From the NCBI RefSeq assembly GCF_009914755.1, contig NC_060937.1: 64,000 bases of DNA; one strand, 5' to 3'. Positions 42,249-56,677 of the stretch are shown one piece after another. The notes below the pieces were generated by a model. It was not told the DNA's origin. It searched no databases and was given only the letters and a program-made list of their open reading frames with translations. Both the position numbers and the translations under genes were made by a program. The DNA comes from the human T2T-CHM13v2.0 reference genome, Homo sapiens. How positions within the stretch are numbered: position 1 is the first letter of the stretch; each line of letters opens with the position of its first letter.

Positions 42249-44094
42249 ACAGAACAGCAAGATGAGAAGTCTAACCTTAAGGAGCTTACAAGACAGTTTA
42301 TCTTTGACTTTTCACATATGACCTTCTACATATAGTAAGTTGTTGAGTCTTGAACACACCTGCATGCTCTCTTTACATTCTCTATAGCTTTTATTACAAC
42401 CTTTACATCCCCACCCAGGCTTTCACCTTTAATTCCCAGTTAATGTTTTTATTATTATTATTATTATTATTATTTCACAACTTAGCTAATGTAATAGCCT
42501 CCTGATGGTTTTCTCTCTTTCTGATTCTTTCATCCTTCGTGGACCAACTTGGTTAACGTTCTTACAAAGCCACTTGATCACGGAGTTAGACTCTCAGAGT
42601 TTATGGGCTAAAGAGTCAATCTATCATAATCATTATTCAGTGCAACAACAGAGCATCAGCCCTGCTCAGAAACATTCAGTTCTTCCACATTCCTGCCACA
42701 CACAGCGCCTTCTCTGTAGGCTGGAGTGTTAGTAAGTCTTTTGTTATATTAATTCTACTTTTCTATTCATATCTCTCCCCATTTATTCTCCAAAACTAGT
42801 GAACTAAATGCTCAAGCCACCTTCTACATCTTCTTCACCTATTCTCATGCCACTTCTTTTCCTAAACGTGTGCTTCTCACAATATTATCTATCAGAATTT
42901 TATTTCCTCCTCAAAGTGGTGGAACCATTCACCAGGAGAGAACTAGGTTTGAGGCTCTGTAGAGTGTAAGATACCAATCCCTGTAATTGTTTATTTCATG
43001 TGTATCTTTCAGGGTCAATCTTGCATTGTTGTTTTAGTATACGCAGCATCCCTATCATCTAGCACACACTACGCAGCACCTAACTACATACTTGCACATG
43101 GCAGACACCCATAAAATATTGATTTAAAATGAGCTCACAGAAATATTAACCATCCATTAGCCCACTTGCAAAGGCAAGTTACATCAGTGTTATGATGATT
43201 CACAAATAGTAAAAGAAGCACAAAAAACAAATTGTACACCTGTATCTTCCATTTTTGTGCAAGATTAAAAGATCAAATTCTAGGAAATGATTTCAAATAA
43301 TTAAAGTTGATAATCTGTTTATAACATCTCCAGGGTTTATAATCACTGACAGTTTTTATTTAAAAAGTTATCTTAGCTGTCACACTTGTTGTAAATCCCT
43401 GGAGCTGAAGTTGTATGGTGAATAGAGTATCTGGCTCCATTCTTCTGCTTTAGGCCACATACATTTCCATGTTTTCTGAAATGTATTTCCTAACTAGCTC
43501 TTTCCCACTGTTACTGTGAGGGCACATCTTGGCTTTTTAGTGACATCTTGTCTGTCTCCCTGGGTGTATGCCTCATGGACTATAATGAGTGAAGCAACTA
43601 GGGCAAGTAAAGAAAGCTCTGGTCTAAGAGCAAAAAATCCTGGCTATTGTCCTGGCTTTGCCACTATTGATTTATATAACTGCATCAAGTCACTTAACTT
43701 CTTTGATCTTCAGTCTTCTCATGTGTGACTGAGGAGTACTCTCAACTTCAAAGGAAGCCCAAGAAGTGGGATTCATATGGCTATAGATGACTTTATTCCA
43801 TGCTTCTTCATATAACTTCTTCCTGGGGCCCCCAGCAATGGGTCTCCCTAATGATATGTCTTCCATATGCCCAGAGTACCTCCTTCTGTGAGAGAGGAGA
43901 GGGAAAAGTCTTCATGCTGGCAGTACTCTGGATAATGGGAACTTGGGGTGTCTCTTTGTTGCCTCCTGGATAAGGAAGAATTATGATGGGAGGCTCTCAG
44001 AGCCAGCACCTGCTGCCAGCAGTGACAGTGGGCCATCCCACTCCTCTCTGCTTGCTTGGTCTTAACCACATAATTTTTAAAAATTTCATCGGAG

Positions 44095-44335
44095 ACAGCA
44101 CACGGTGGGAATAAAAGTCTAACCTTGGAATCAGATTGCTTGCTGTCCTGACTGTCAAGTGTTAGCTGTAATGGTTGGCAAACTACTTAGTCTTTATGTG
44201 CCTTAGTTGTTTCATCTGGTGAATTTAAGATGATATTAATAGTACCTAATTTCAAGGATTGAGTGAATAAATGTACAATGTTTAAAACAGTGCATGGTAG
44301 ATAGAAAGTACACCATGTCATTTAGCTGTTATCAT
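44095..44335 (+). mobile_element. MIR SINE
   Basis: ttggaatcagattgc...gccttagttgtttcatctg...aatagtacctaatttcaaggatt...aacagtgcatgg. Confidence 0.75.
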
Positions 44336-46859
44336 GAAACTATCAGTAGCAGGAATAGCAGTAAGAGGAAGATAAAGAGAAGGATTAGGAGAAGGAGTAA
44401 AGGTTCAACAGCTTTCCTTCCCAGCAGAACACAGCCCCCAGTGCTCTGAATGGCACTCAAAACCCACACCACCTTGTCCTTGATATGCTCCAGTCTCCTT
44501 CCTCCATGTCCTCCAGCCAAGTAGCCTGACTGCTCTTCTAGAACCCACCGTACATTTCCTGTTTTCTTTGCTGTTGTTTTTCTCAGGCAGAATGTTCTAC
44601 CTTTCCTTCTCTACATATCAAAATTGTATCCATATTCCAACTTAAAGCTAAATGGCATCTTTGTAAAGCCTTTCCAAGTCATCCAGTCATATTTAAGCTC
44701 TCTTTCCCATGTTTGTCCACCCTTTAATCTTCTCATGTGGTACTGCTTTCCATTCTCTTTCATATTGGAGTTAGTGGTTTCAATTTTAGGATCCCCAGAT
44801 ATATGGTAATTTCCATGAGGGCATAACCCTCCAGGGCTTATATTTGCCCTCTCTATCTCCTGGGTTAAACTGCCCATCAGCACAAGGCACTCAGTGGCCA
44901 GGAAAGCTGGTGCCACACATCCTTCTCCATGCACATCTTCCTTCCTTAGACAGTTCCTGCTTCCATGCTATACATCTGTGGGCCAAGAGAAATCAACAGA
45001 GAGCAATAACTATAGCCATCTTCATCGCTTTGAAAAAAACTAATAACCAAGGAGAAGGAGAGAAATTTGCTGATACTACATTGTGGTTCTTTGATTGGGA
45101 CAAAAATATAAACCCTCTACCTGTTATTACCCTCCAAAAGGTCCATAATGTACCAGCCTTAACATTAAGCAACACTTATATTAGAAGTCAAACATAAAGA
45201 TGATAAGTGTAATTGCACAGTGATTCCAAGTTTGAGCAATGGAAGAGAGACAAGTAGAAAGCAGAAGGTGAGACATTGCAGGAAATGGAACGGATATTGA
45301 AGCCTGAGAATGAATCCAGGAGTCTACAGATAAAGTCTATCCTTAAAACCTAGGCTATTTAACATATTCTTCATGACAGACTCTAAATACAGATATTATT
45401 TCTGTCAATTGAAAGAATTTTGTATTTTATATCAAAAACTGAAAGAAAGAAATTCAGCCAAGCTTTAATATTCATACTTTTCTCTGGGGAAGACATACTG
45501 TCATATTGAAAGGTTTTAAGTATTTTGCATTTTTTGCATCTGATTTCATCTCCCTTCATTATTTAATATTCAAAGTGTTTCATTCTTCAATTATAAATTG
45601 CTCCTGTTTAGTTTCTTGACCACATCTCAATGTTCTTTGTAACCATTTTAATTTTTTAAATACTTGAAATAAAATAGGATTTCTTAGTATTGAATAATGG
45701 AAGGTTTTCCCTTCAGCCATACAAATCATTGTTTTATCTTTTTTATTTTTAAAATAATTGTGGTTAAGCAAGTAACTGAGAAACAGGTCTAGATATTGTG
45801 TTTGAAAGCAACATACTAGAGTTCTTTAAATGAAATTAAAAGACTAAAAGAATTTTCAAAGGACATTGTCTCCCATATGAGTTACTTATATGCTAAAACC
45901 ATGTTTTCTTTTAGTTAATGTCAATTATATGATTTCCATGCTCAAAAAGAAGAAATTCAGGATTGAGAGCAATGTCAAGGTTATGCCATGAAGGAAGATC
46001 TAATTTGTAAAGGGAGGGAGAGAATTGAACCTTCTCACCTCTTGCTCTTTCATTGCTACAACCTGGAGAAAAAAAAAAAAACCTGATTTTGCCCTTTAGT
46101 GTAATGGACAAGGTGGGAATAAAAGTTGGCTTTTCTTTCAGCACCTCTGTGCTTTTCAGAGAGAAATCCTCATGGATAGGGCAGTAGGGACGTCTGAATC
46201 TAGAGAACGAAAACCCTTTTCGTAGCCTTTTTATTTTCAGGGAGGGTGAAGGTGGGAGTATTGATTCTACTCAGTATAATCCGTTTGAGACAGTTCTAGT
46301 TATGTTTTTATTCTAAAAGCCTAGTAGTCATGGTATAAGAATTATCTTCCTCCAATTCTCAAGCCAATGTTTTTCAATATGTCATCCCTGAGCATTCTGG
46401 GCAAACAGGGCCATCTTCTTTAAGCCCATTTTTCTTTGATTTGGAAAAGCTTCTTAGAAGACTATCAGAAGTGAGATACCTGCAAAGATCAAAGGAAATG
46501 TGTACTTACAATGTGCTTGGTTACTCTGCTTGTTGGAAGCCTTAGTTTCCATGTTTCAGGCTTGGTTTGGTGGAAAGAATTTAAATTTGTACCTACAGAT
46601 TTCATTGCATCTACACTATAAGATAGTTGGTATTATTTCAATGAAGAGGCAAGACAGAAGGTTCATTAAGGAGGAGTAGGCTTTTACCTTTTTTTTCTTA
46701 ACACTCCTGTATGATACGACATGAGTACACACACACACTCCATTAAAAAAACAAAGCATCTGTTCTCTAAGAACCTGCCCTCTAAATAGGTAACTGATCA
46801 CATGAGGAAGGCACAAGAACATATACTGCAACATACAAACTAATTTCCTATTTAAATAA

Positions 46860-47080
46860 GAATAATAATAACAACAAACCCTTATATACCATTTACCACT
46901 CAGTAGGAACTGTTTAAAGCACTTTACATGCATGTATGTATTCATTCCCCATAACAACCTTACGTAGTAAGTACTATTGGAATGTGAGTTAGGCTGAGTA
47001 GAAGGAACATGTACTCTATCTTTCTCCCAACCATAGTGCCAAGACCAAGTGAGCTCTTTGAAATTTAAGATCACAACTCT
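46860..47080 (-). mobile_element. MIR SINE
   Basis: aagcactttacatgcat...ccccataacaaccttacgtagtaagtactatt. Confidence 0.6.
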
Positions 47081-48010
47081 TCTTTACAAGAGATTGCTTT
47101 ATTCCAGCAAAGGTGATGAACAACAGTGGCTTACAGTTTACAATGCCAGAATGTCAGTTGGTAAATTGTGCTATATAGATTTTAATTAATACATTGTCAT
47201 ATATTTAATTAATTTAGTTTTAATCCCCTACACCATGTTTGCATGGAGTAAGCATGCATATAGTGAATGAATGAATGAAAACTTAGTTCTGTTGGAAGAA
47301 AAGAGATTAGGAAGAGAGGACTGTCCAGGAGTCAACTCAACACAGTAAACGTTTAGTGTAGATAAGGAAGAGAGGATTGTCCAGGAATGAATTCAATAAG
47401 CATTTAATGCAGACCAAGCTGCATGTGGGGTGTCAAAGCACAGAAGGATGAGTCAGGCAGCACTTACTGAACAATGTCTTGGAGGCAGAAGTGGGAAATG
47501 AGCCCTGACATCCAGAACTCTGGAGAACACATGTGTCAGGATATGAGGAAAGGATGAGACAGAACAAGGAAAGGCCTGAGAAATTTCAGAAGAATTAACT
47601 GCATATGGTGGCATGCACCTACCGTTGGGTGTCATCTTTGATGAAATCTTAAAAATTAAGATTTAATTATGGTAATGAGTTAAACCGAAGTAGAGATGGG
47701 TTCTGAGATTTTGGTTAGAACTGTTGTCTTGCTATAGCTTTCATGTTTCTTTCTATACCCTCTGTGTTTCTAAAGAACTATGAAGTGAAGGCAAAGATCT
47801 ACTCTTTTCTATTTCTATGAAAACTGTACTTCTTTTGTGGGGTTGATGGTACATAACCATGTCTAACTATGTACCACTGACGTGAGTTTCAATATGTGGT
47901 TCTCTTCACAAACAAGCTTCAGTTTTGTATGGTCATTCTCAAGACTCTACTGACATTTGCTCCATAGGACCACAGACATCAGAGTCCTTACAATGTTAGT
48001 CAAAAGTAAT

Positions 48011-48069
48011 CTCTCTCTGTTTCTCTCTCTGTGTCTCTGTCTATCTCTGTCTCTTTATTTCTCTCTCTG

Positions 48070-48106
<37 letters not shown>

Positions 48107-48124
48107 CACGCCTGTGCTCACACA
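48011..48124. repeat. (CT)n(CA)n microsatellite
   Basis: Directly visible. Confidence 0.95.
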
Positions 48125-49004
48125 AGTTATATAATCCTGTCCCAGGTCCAAATACTATTTCTAACTGCCTCATTGATTTTTATTATTTCAACTAAGCTAT
48201 TTACAGGTATCCTAAGCACTTTATAATATTAAATACCACAAAATATACTGATATCATATAATCTAATTGAGGAGAAAAATATATATGTTAAGTTTCAAAT
48301 GCATAATGAATATAGCATTTTATACTAATGTATGTTTCTGCTTTTAAGGAACTTTCTTATATGTTACCTACTTTGATCTTCAAGCAAAGGTTGATGGGAA
48401 GTTAAGGTTGATGGGAAAATTATCAATATCCCCATTTTAGGGATGAGGGGCTGATGCAGGGAGTTAATAACCAGCACATGATTACATAGTTAGTATGTGA
48501 TATGGTTAGGAACCAAAGCCTTCATAACATCTTCTGAAATCTGATCCACTGTTTCACAATTGCCCCATTTGTCCTTTGAATAGGACCAGGGAGAGACAAA
48601 TGCTGACATTATAATAAAGAGATTCTGGGTCACAGGACTTGGAACCACACCGTTCTATTGGGAGAGGAAAGCAGAGTGGGGAATCTGAAAGTGAATGAGG
48701 CCTGAGGCCAAACCAGAGAATGGCTGAGTGGGAATGGGGCCATTGCAGATTGAACAATGCTGAGTGGACATGGGAAAGGTACCAGCTGGAAATGCAGAAG
48801 GCAAAATGGGTAGCTATTCCGGCCAAATAGGTACGTGATTGAAGCAGGCTGAATCAGTAATTGAAAGATAGGACTTTCTTCCAGGAAAAGATTTCACATC
48901 TCTGTCCTACCAATAATAAGACCCAAGAGGGGCCACATATTAATCAGATGACTAAGTACATGTATAGCTATCTAAAGCTTGGGCAAGCCAGGTTTAAGAA
49001 AGAG

Positions 49005-49575
49005 GAGAAATTCTCCCTAAACTGATTCAACACAAAGCCTATCAAAATGCCAACAGAAATGAAGAAGTAAATCCCACATTTTATATAGGATGCAAAGGAT
49101 CCAGAATAGATAAAACAATTTTTTAAAAGAACAATAAAGTTAGAGGACTTTCACTTCCCAATTTCAAAACTTACTCTAAACTACAGTATTTAAAACAGTA
49201 CAGTGCTGGCACAAGAGTAGACATATAAATCGACAGAGAAGAATAGAAGTTCAGAAATAAGCCCTTATCTCTGTGGTCAACTGGTTTTTTGCAAAAGTGC
49301 CAAAGGGATTCATTGAGGGAATAAATCATCTCTTCTGCAAATACTGCTAGGATAATTAGATATTCACAAATGAAAAGATTAAAGTAGATCCTTACCTCAC
49401 ACCATGCACAAAAAGAGTACCCCAAAGGGGATCATAGACCTAAATATGGTGGATAAATTTACAAAATTTTTTAGAAGAAAATCTTTATGACTTTGAGTTA
49501 AGCAACATGTTCCTGATATGACACCACAAACATAAGCCATAAAAGAAATAAAATGATAAACTGGACTTCATCTCA
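49005..49575 (+). mobile_element. L1M ORF2 fragment
   Basis: aacaataaagttagaggactttcacttcccaatttcaaaacttact...tgataaactggacttcatc. Confidence 0.8.
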
Positions 49576-49719
49576 TACTTTTAGATTGTATTTGACAGTT
49601 CAGTAGGATCCAACAAAGGAGAAGTGTACGTTCAGTCAGCTTGCTGCTTGTCCTCTGCTCTGCTCTGGGAAAAAAACAAAAAACAAAAAAACAAAAACCC
49701 AAAACACAGTAATAGTAAT

Positions 49720-50236
49720 TGTAGTAGTTTCCTGTAGCTGCTGTAACAAGTTACTGTGAAACAGAGGACTGAAATGTCACAAATTTATACCTTACAGTTT
49801 TAGAGATCAGAAGTCCAAAATCCATTTCACTGGGCTAATGCCAAGGTGTCAGCAGGGCTGGTTCCTTCAAGAGGCACTAGAGGACAATCTATTTTCTTTC
49901 CTGTTTCAGCTTCTGGAGACCACCTACATTGCTTGTTCAGGGCCTTTTCCTTCTTCAAAGGAGGGAGCATCACAGCACCTTGCAATTCTCTGTCTCTGAT
50001 GTCTGCTGGCTTTATCACATTGCTTTCTCTCCTGCTTCCCTTTCTGACCCTTCTGCCTTCCTATAATAAGGAACCCACCTGAGTAATCCAGGGTAATCAT
50101 GCCATCTCAAGATACTTATTTTAATCACATCTGCACTGTTCCTTTTGAGATGTAATATATTTCACAGGTTCCAGGGATTAGAACGTGGACATATATACAT
50201 ATATTTTTTGGGGGGATGTCATTATTCAGCCTATTT
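49720..50236 (-). mobile_element. MLT1C-like MaLR solo LTR
   Basis: tgtagtagtttcctgtagctgctgtaacaa...caaggtgtcagcagggctggttcc...cacaggttccagggattagaacgtggacat. Confidence 0.88.
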
Positions 50237-51639
50237 CATTCATTAACAGTATCACCAAAAATATTAATTCTGAAATTACCCAGTGTATCAATTCTTTTAG
50301 ATGATACAATAAGATAAATGTAATAACATTTTGATATATATAATTTAATCTTAATAAATTGTCTCTTTTGAAAGAAATGTGTGTGTGTGTGACTATGTTG
50401 CTGTGTGAAGGAGACTGTCAGATTTGAGAGCTGATTCTGCACTTTTAGTTTGATACTAAGAAACTAAAAATACCACTAAATGCAAATTACAGATATAGGG
50501 ATCATGGTGTGAATGGACTATCACATTTCTAGTCCTTTTGAGGAAAGGCTACACTTTTGGGTAATTGTAGGACACCAGCTGGCAGAATATTTAGAACGAC
50601 ATTATTTCTTTATTTTTTTAATTTTCTTAAACATCTGGTGCCTTCTAGATTTTTATGTCAGAGAATTTTAATTTTTTCTTGAGTTCTTCAAATAATTACT
50701 CCTGTCATACATTCACAGCTTCAACTTGATTTCCTTCCTAAAATTTAAGATTATTTTAAATCCTTGTGTTAAAGTTTGTGAATCTCTGATATAATAATTT
50801 AAGGATGCACTGATTACATTTCCCCTAGGTTAACAATTTAATAGTGTCCTACTGAACAGAATAGGATCTACTTAGGAAAAGTGACGTGAGTGATTTTAGA
50901 AGTTTGAAGTTTTTAACATGTCTCCTGCCATTCCATCCTATACCTAGGGGTAATTATTATTCCCCAAGGAGAAATAAATTCATCTATTCACTTTTATTTA
51001 TATCCTGCTTTGTTAAAAAGCTTTATGAAATTTGTTTTGTTTTGTTTTCATTCGAAAATATGTGTCTAGGGCAATTACATTTGTTATAAAAATCTCAATG
51101 ACACTTTTAAAGTTTCTCCTTGAAACCTTCCAGCTCAGAAGTGAAAAAAGCTTCCAGTAGTCTTTAGAGCCACATTTTGAACTCAGGTGTCTATAAACCA
51201 TCTCAAATAGTGGATTGGAGTTGGCACATCAATGATAGCTAATATATTGAGTGCTCTCCTGGACACCAGCCTGGTACAGTGTGGACTCCCTTCACTACCC
51301 CTGAAATCCGTGTATGTCCAGCGGGGTTCTAGCACACTCAGTGCCAAGGGATAGTGGGTGCAGTGCTCCCAGTGGGTTACGCCTGCTCAGCTGGTGCTGG
51401 GAAGTTGATATCCACTCTGTGGTTGGGGGATCCCATGTGGCTAGAGTCTAAACTTCAGCTCGACGTGAAGTACTTTGCAGGCATTATCTTCGTTAATCTC
51501 ATAACTTTCTTATGAATAGGCATCATAGCTATTCACATTTTACAGGCAAGGATGCTGAGATAGATCTGAAAATAATTTCTCTAGTCTCTGGAATGAATTC
51601 AAGAAATTCTCATTCACTATTTTGGCTCTACTTTTCAAT

Positions 51640-51880
51640 ATTGCTTAAAAACATGGATGTGGGGTCTGTCTGAATTTCAAACGTGAGTTGAGCACTTAAT
51701 AGCCCAGTAGCCTTGAGCAAGTTACTTAACTGCTCTATGCCTCAGTTTCCCCATTTGTAAAATAAAGATAGAAACAGTGCTTTTCTCAAAGGATTGTCAC
51801 AAGATTGCCCGAGACAGGACATGTAGATTACTTGAAACAATGCCTGACACATTGTAAATATTAACTACATCTCATTTTTA
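51640..51880 (+). mobile_element. MIR SINE
   Basis: ccttgagcaagttacttaactgctctatgcctcagtttccccatttgtaaaat. Confidence 0.85.
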
Positions 51881-52934
51881 TGTTTTTTAACTCATTCTTT
51901 GTATTATATTTTGTATGTGATTTTTTTTTGCAGTTAGAAAGTAAGTTCCCTGAAGAAAGGATTCTGCCTTATTCATCCTGAATGTCTTGGAGTACCTAGC
52001 ACAGAGCAGTCCCTCAATATTTATTTTGTTTGTGATTTATTTTTTCATTCACATTATGAAACACAGTTTCTGTCCACATTAAATTTATTACCATCAGAAA
52101 AGGTCCAAACTTGTCTTCATACAGCAGGGCAACAAAATTAAATAATGTGGTACCTGCTAGACTGAATAGGAACGCTGTGCTGTGTATTGATGGATGGTCT
52201 GAACAGATTTCATGGGAAGAGAGGACTATTTATCTGCTGACATGCTTTTATTGGCTCCTGCCATTGTTGGTGACACTTCTCTTGCATAATAAACTCTCAC
52301 TAATTATAGGCAAATAACATTTTTTTCTTAGCCTGTTTCATTAATTTATGTGGAACTCCTTTTTTCAAAATCTGTCCTAAGCAAAAGAAAATAAGATTTT
52401 GGGAAGACAGCAAAGTAATTAAAGCCTGTTGAAATAGCTTGATGCTAGAGATAGAATACTTTGAAAATATTCAGAGATACAGATTGCCACATCTGAGTGG
52501 TATTCATCCAAGGAAGCTATGCAATTTACTAATTAGTTTATCAAGTCACTGGCAGTTGTTTTCTAAGGTCAACAGAAAATTAGAAAATTGTTTTGAGCAT
52601 TTGAAAGGAACCAGATCTAGTTCTAATATATACTCCCCCCAAAAAAGTTGATCCAGGCAATTGGTTCAGTACAGGAGGGCTTTTGGAACATTTTGTTTGC
52701 TTTGTACACTGGAATGAGAACAAAATGAGGTAATTCATTTAATGGTGCTTTGAAAAATGTTATTGCAGACTTCATTGTTAGTGTATGTAAAGCACTATTA
52801 TTACTAGAAGAAATCAGCCCATAAACCCTAACAATGATAAAACTGATATTAGGGACATGTTATTTAATTCATCAGGATTAACTAAACAATTTATAATAAT
52901 TTCTTATCACCTGTGATTCTATATTGTGCCTATA

Positions 52935-53180
52935 ATAACAGCACTGGTTACCATTTGTTGAGTACTTACTATGCACTGGATCCTTTACATTTCACACCTC
53001 ATTTATTACTCACACTATTTTTGAGAATTATAATTTCCATTTTACAGGTGAAGAGCTATAGGTTAAGAGAAATTAAGAGGTTTGCTCAAGATCACACAGC
53101 GCAGAAAAGTCCTGGGTCTCTTAGACCTTCAAACCCATGTCTAACTGCTCCAGGTCCCTGCTCTTAACTTTAAACCACAC
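52935..53180 (-). mobile_element. MIR SINE
   Basis: catttgttgagtacttactatg...ccattttacaggtgaagag...gctcaagatcacacagc. Confidence 0.8.
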
Positions 53181-53549
53181 CATCTCTTACTCTTCACTTT
53201 AGGCTCCACAGAGACCCCTACTTCTGTGGACTGCCCATGCTGATCCTTGGCCCTCTATATTCCTTGTGCTCTCTTCTTACTTTTAGTACTACACAGTATA
53301 ATTGTTTATAAAAATCAAAGTGATCTGAAGTATTAGACTTGTTAAAATCCCTAATAAGGCATCATAATATGTGTTCTTCAAAACTCAATAATACAGGTGT
53401 TGGGAAACTCAAAGGTAAAATGGAGACCAAAAGTGCTTTACCGTCACAGAAACTAATCCTCAGTGGTGGACGGAAAAGCAATATGTGACACATTAACTGT
53501 GACACTTATAGGCCACCTCCCTGTTCTCTGAAAAAGAAACATTCCATTC

Positions 53550-54175
<626 letters not shown>

Positions 54176-54399
54176 TCTTTCTTCTCAAAAGAAATCATTA
54201 AGTATGGTCATATTTGTTATTTTTCATAAAACATGGATATCTCATTTTAGTACTTAACAGACTCTTAAAAGATCACAAATAGCCTTAAGTTTAAAAACGA
54301 GGCTCAAAAGATTTGTACCAAGTACAAGGTCATAAAGATGCCACATAGATGTGTTCATATGCACCTCCATCAAGCAAGCACAGTTACATTATGACTTTA

Positions 54400-54900
54400 A
54401 TTCATTCACATATTTCTGCATTCACTAGTTCCATAAATATTTACCAACTCCTGGCTAAGTGTCATGCACTGGGCAAAGTCCTGGAGAGTCACCGTCTTAC
54501 TCCTTAAATGCTTAGCACCTGGGGAGTGGATACCAACATGAAATTAGACAATATCAAATCTGGGTAATAAGTGATAAGCAGGGAAGTATAGGGTACCTGG
54601 AGAGTAAACTGAAGGGCCATGTTACCCATCTAGAGAAGGTGATGTCAAAGCTAGGCCTAAAGAATGAGTGGAAGTAGCCAGGAAGTGACAATAGCAAATA
54701 CATGTGTCTCAATACCCAGTGATGGAAACTCTGGCTCAGAGAAGAGACAGGAATCATTCCAGCCTTCTGACCCTGCGAGATGTGTAGAAAGGATTTCACG
54801 TCTGCTGAGAATATAGACAGGAGTAAAGAGGAATCTTTTGAAAGTGATACCAGGAGTTATATCATTCATTTCGAGAATTAGCGAGAAATCCAGGTGAGGA
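54400..54900 (-). mobile_element. L2 LINE fragment
   Basis: ttcattca...aaatatttacc (antisense L2 tail), gagaaggtgatgtcaaagctaggcctaaagaatgagtgga. Confidence 0.6.
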
Positions 54901-54976
54901 AAGCTTAAGGGATTTAGGCCCACGTTTCCATCAGACGAGTAGCTTGGGTGAGATGCAGATGTTTTGCATTTGCAAA

Positions 54977-55060
54977 TTTTTCTCAAAAGAAGACACACAA
55001 ATGGCCAAAAGGTATAAGAAAAAAATGCTCAGCATCACGAATCATCAGAGAAATGCAAAT
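54977..55060 (+). mobile_element. Isolated ~85-bp L1 ORF2 fragment
   Basis: ttctcaaaagaagacacacaaatggcc...aaaatgctcagcatcac...atcagagaaatgcaaat; no 3'UTR or polyA. Confidence 0.85.
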
Positions 55061-55239
55061 TCACAGCCGCCGAGGTACGGCATCCTAGGGTTGGTGGATG
55101 AAGTTAGTCTCATCAAGTCTAATTTCTCAGTATTCGCAGCGCTCAAATGTGAGAGTGAGACTGTCGCTATGGGATGCATAAGTGATCTTCACCGGTAGCT
55201 AGTCTCTCATCCCTGGTACATTTTGCCATAGTGAATGCA

Positions 55240-55681
55240 CTGGTTATGTGCACATTTGTTTCCTCCTTGGATGCATTCTTTTCTCACCAGGGGCTGATTC
55301 TGACCATCTGTAGCATCTGAACTCCTTTCTCTCTGGCTTCCAAATTATTTCAATGAAAGAAAAATACTGCCAGAAGATCAGAAGTTGGGAGGAGAAAAGG
55401 TTTTGAGTATCTCCCCTAGCCTCTTACCCAGCTTTAGCACATGTGTCTCTTTACGAGCAGCATCTGCCGGCAAACCCTCCCCCGTGGCTCTGGCTCCCAC
55501 TGGGCTACAGGAACACTATTTCTTCCCTCTACTCCATCAGCCTCAGGACTGGTAATGGGTTTCTGGAGTTGTTCATCACTGGTGACTCAACATCTGCTGT
55601 TTGTCCTTTACCCCTGCTTATACTTCTGTAACTATTCCTTCATTAAAATCTCTATTTTCTGCCAGAATCCTGACTGATACA
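55240..55681 (+). mobile_element. LTR33-like ERVL solo LTR
   Basis: ctctctggcttcc...cagaagatcagaagttgggagga...ggtaatgg...ccttcattaaaatctct...cctgactgataca end. Confidence 0.7.
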
Positions 55682-56355
55682 GTGACTCAACAGTGTTAAC
55701 TCTGCTTCCTATTTTATTTTGAAGATGAGGGAACATGTGGTTCTGGGACAAAATGCCAAATGGCTTCTGAAGTTTTAAAGCAACACAATGCAGTCTGACC
55801 AAAACTTTGATCTTCTAGAAGAGAAATAGACTAAACCATTATTGTCAGGTGCCATAATAGATGTAGTTAACCTTTATAACATCACCATGATGCATAATGC
55901 ACCCATTTTATAGATTATAGTATTTTTAAAAATTAAGAAACATGCTTAGTATCATGCACTTAAAAAATGACAGAGATAGGGTTTTAAACTGGGTCTACCT
56001 GACTCCAATGTCTATGGTTTTTTACATGAGCTGCTCCCACATAATTCACAAACTTATTCTTCCAATTTGAAATCTTGCATTTTGGTTCCACTTTACATAA
56101 TTATCTACAACTGGATGTTTCATTGTCACCTCAAGAGTGAAATCTCTCTACCTCCTATTCTCTCTGTCTCTTTCACTCTTTTCTGCTGCCCCAATGTCCC
56201 AACTTAACAGTGTTTTCAGAGTCTTGTTTGCTTTTTCCACAATGTGAGAAGCTCAGAGATTTCTGTTTGTTGTCACATCAGTTTGTTGTCAAGACCCCAA
56301 AATGTATCCCAACAAACTGAGTGGTGCCTTCGGCTGTGGCTCCTGCCCAAAATGA

Positions 56356-56677
<322 letters not shown>

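Noticed and set aside
46207-46280. Bacterial terminator/promoter-like motifs (stem plus T-run, ttgatt...tataat)
   Set aside because: Primate context, weak AT-rich stem, wrong -35/-10 spacing
48387-48417. 14-bp direct repeat aaggttgatgggaa x2
   Set aside because: Real, but an ordinary slippage duplication within a decayed MIR
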